Below, piece after piece: positions 31,746-32,323 of a DNA stretch of 32,323 nt (the first letter of the stretch is position 1; each line of letters starts with the position of its first letter). Location of the stretch: positions 1-32,323 of the forward strand of contig DATIGG010000192.1 of the NCBI GenBank assembly GCA_035454825.1. Direction: 5' to 3'. The notes beneath the pieces were generated by a model, which did not search any database, was not told the origin of the DNA, and saw nothing but the letters and a program-made list of their open reading frames with translations. Source of the stretch: Thermodesulfobacteriota bacterium. Its GTDB lineage: Bacteria > Desulfobacterota > BSN033 > UBA1163. The translations under genes and the position numbers were made by a program.

Positions 31746-32323
31746 ATGACGTTAGGAATGGATTCCGTCAAAGAAACAATTGAAAATCTGCCTGATAATC
31801 CGGGTGTTTATCTTTTTAGGGATGAAAAGGGAACTATCCTCTATGTCGGTAAGGCAGGGAATATCAAACACCGGGTGATCTCATACTTCCAGAAACCGGA
31901 TGGCAAGGATGCCAAGACCCTGGCTTTATTAGAGAGGGTGGCAGACATTGACACGATTATCACGGATACCGAAAAAGAGGCTTTCATCCTTGAGAATAAC
32001 CTCATCAAAGAACACCACCCCCGCTATAATGTGAAACTGAGGGATGACAAGACTTATCCTCTTCTGAAGCTCTCCATGGAGGAGGACTTTCCCACCTTAT
32101 GCGTTGTCCGACGGGCAAAAAGAGATGGTTCTGTCTATTTCGGCCCTTACCCTTCAGCCACCTCTCTGAGGGAGACTCTGAAACTGATTCGAAGGCTCTT
32201 TCCGATACGAACCTGCCTCGATACCAAGTTCACCCATCGCTTAAGACCCTGCATTAACTATGAGATGGGCCGATGTGCTGGCCCATGCTGCGACAAGATC
32301 GACCCTGCATCCTATCGTGAAAT
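31746..32323 (+). CDS. uvrC: excinuclease ABC subunit C, 3'-truncated by the window edge
   Basis: This frame runs open to the window end, so it is absent from the ORF track. GIY-YIG module: PDNPGVYLFRDEKGTILYVGKAGNIKHRVISYF, EAFILENNLIKEHHPRYN, then GPYPSA..LRETLKLIRRLFPIRTC. An alternative start is at 31758. Confidence 0.9.
   Translation, partial: MTLGMDSVKETIENLPDNPGVYLFRDEKGTILYVGKAGNIKHRVISYFQKPDGKDAKTLALLERVADIDTIITDTEKEAFILENNLIKEHHPRYNVKLRDDKTYPLLKLSMEEDFPTLCVVRRAKRDGSVYFGPYPSATSLRETLKLIRRLFPIRTCLDTKFTHRLRPCINYEMGRCAGPCCDKIDPASYRE

Noticed and set aside
1-32323. CRISPR arrays, tRNA/rRNA genes, integrases or intact transposases
   Set aside because: No regularly spaced direct repeats with unique spacers were seen. 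The repeats present are palindromic and irregular. No cloverleaf-like or rRNA-like segments were recognised by eye. The only transposase signal is the 19-codon stub at 14722.

Overview
This is a 32.3-kb bacterial chromosomal window, roughly 50% G+C by eye (not computed). The taxon cannot be identified from the sequence alone. It is almost entirely protein-coding. Nearly every intergenic gap longer than about 100 bp holds REP/MITE-like palindromes. I saw no rRNA, tRNA or CRISPR array.

Gene order, left to right:
(i) A 5'-truncated hbd and an acyl-CoA dehydrogenase.
(ii) An AT-rich orphan gene for a secreted or membrane-anchored protein.
(iii) A minus-strand block. In transcription order it runs GntR/FCD regulator, HprK-like P-loop protein, ComA-family phosphosulfolactate synthase, LarA-family racemase, Asp-type ferredoxin, prs. 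It faces a TauE/SafE exporter and a second GntR paralog.
(iv) A 13-kb same-strand block, largely translationally coupled. It encodes a two-subunit Fe-S hydro-lyase (class I fumarase / tartrate dehydratase type), a NarI/DsrM/HdrE-like cytochrome b, an HdrD/DsrK-like CCG protein and a dihaem c lipoprotein. It continues with a Rieske protein, a cytochrome b fused to a monohaem c domain, an SdhA-like flavoprotein lacking the covalent-FAD histidine, a single SdhC-like anchor, SdhB, and a 1201-aa monohaem alpha-repeat protein.
(v) tctB-tctA-tctC-tctC.
(vi) A decaying accessory patch: frameshifted hicA, hicB, an antitoxin stub, a secreted cupredoxin-CHRD fusion and a PIN stub.
(vii) A 3'-truncated uvrC.

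Best candidates for undescribed biology:
(a) The composite Rieske/cyt b + Tmc/HdrDE-like + fumarate-reductase-like locus that ends in the giant haem-repeat protein.
(b) The kinase-ComA-LarA operon with TauE and paired GntR regulators, which may be a C3-sulfonate (sulfolactate) route.

All functional calls rest on motif-level reading of the supplied translations. No database search was run.
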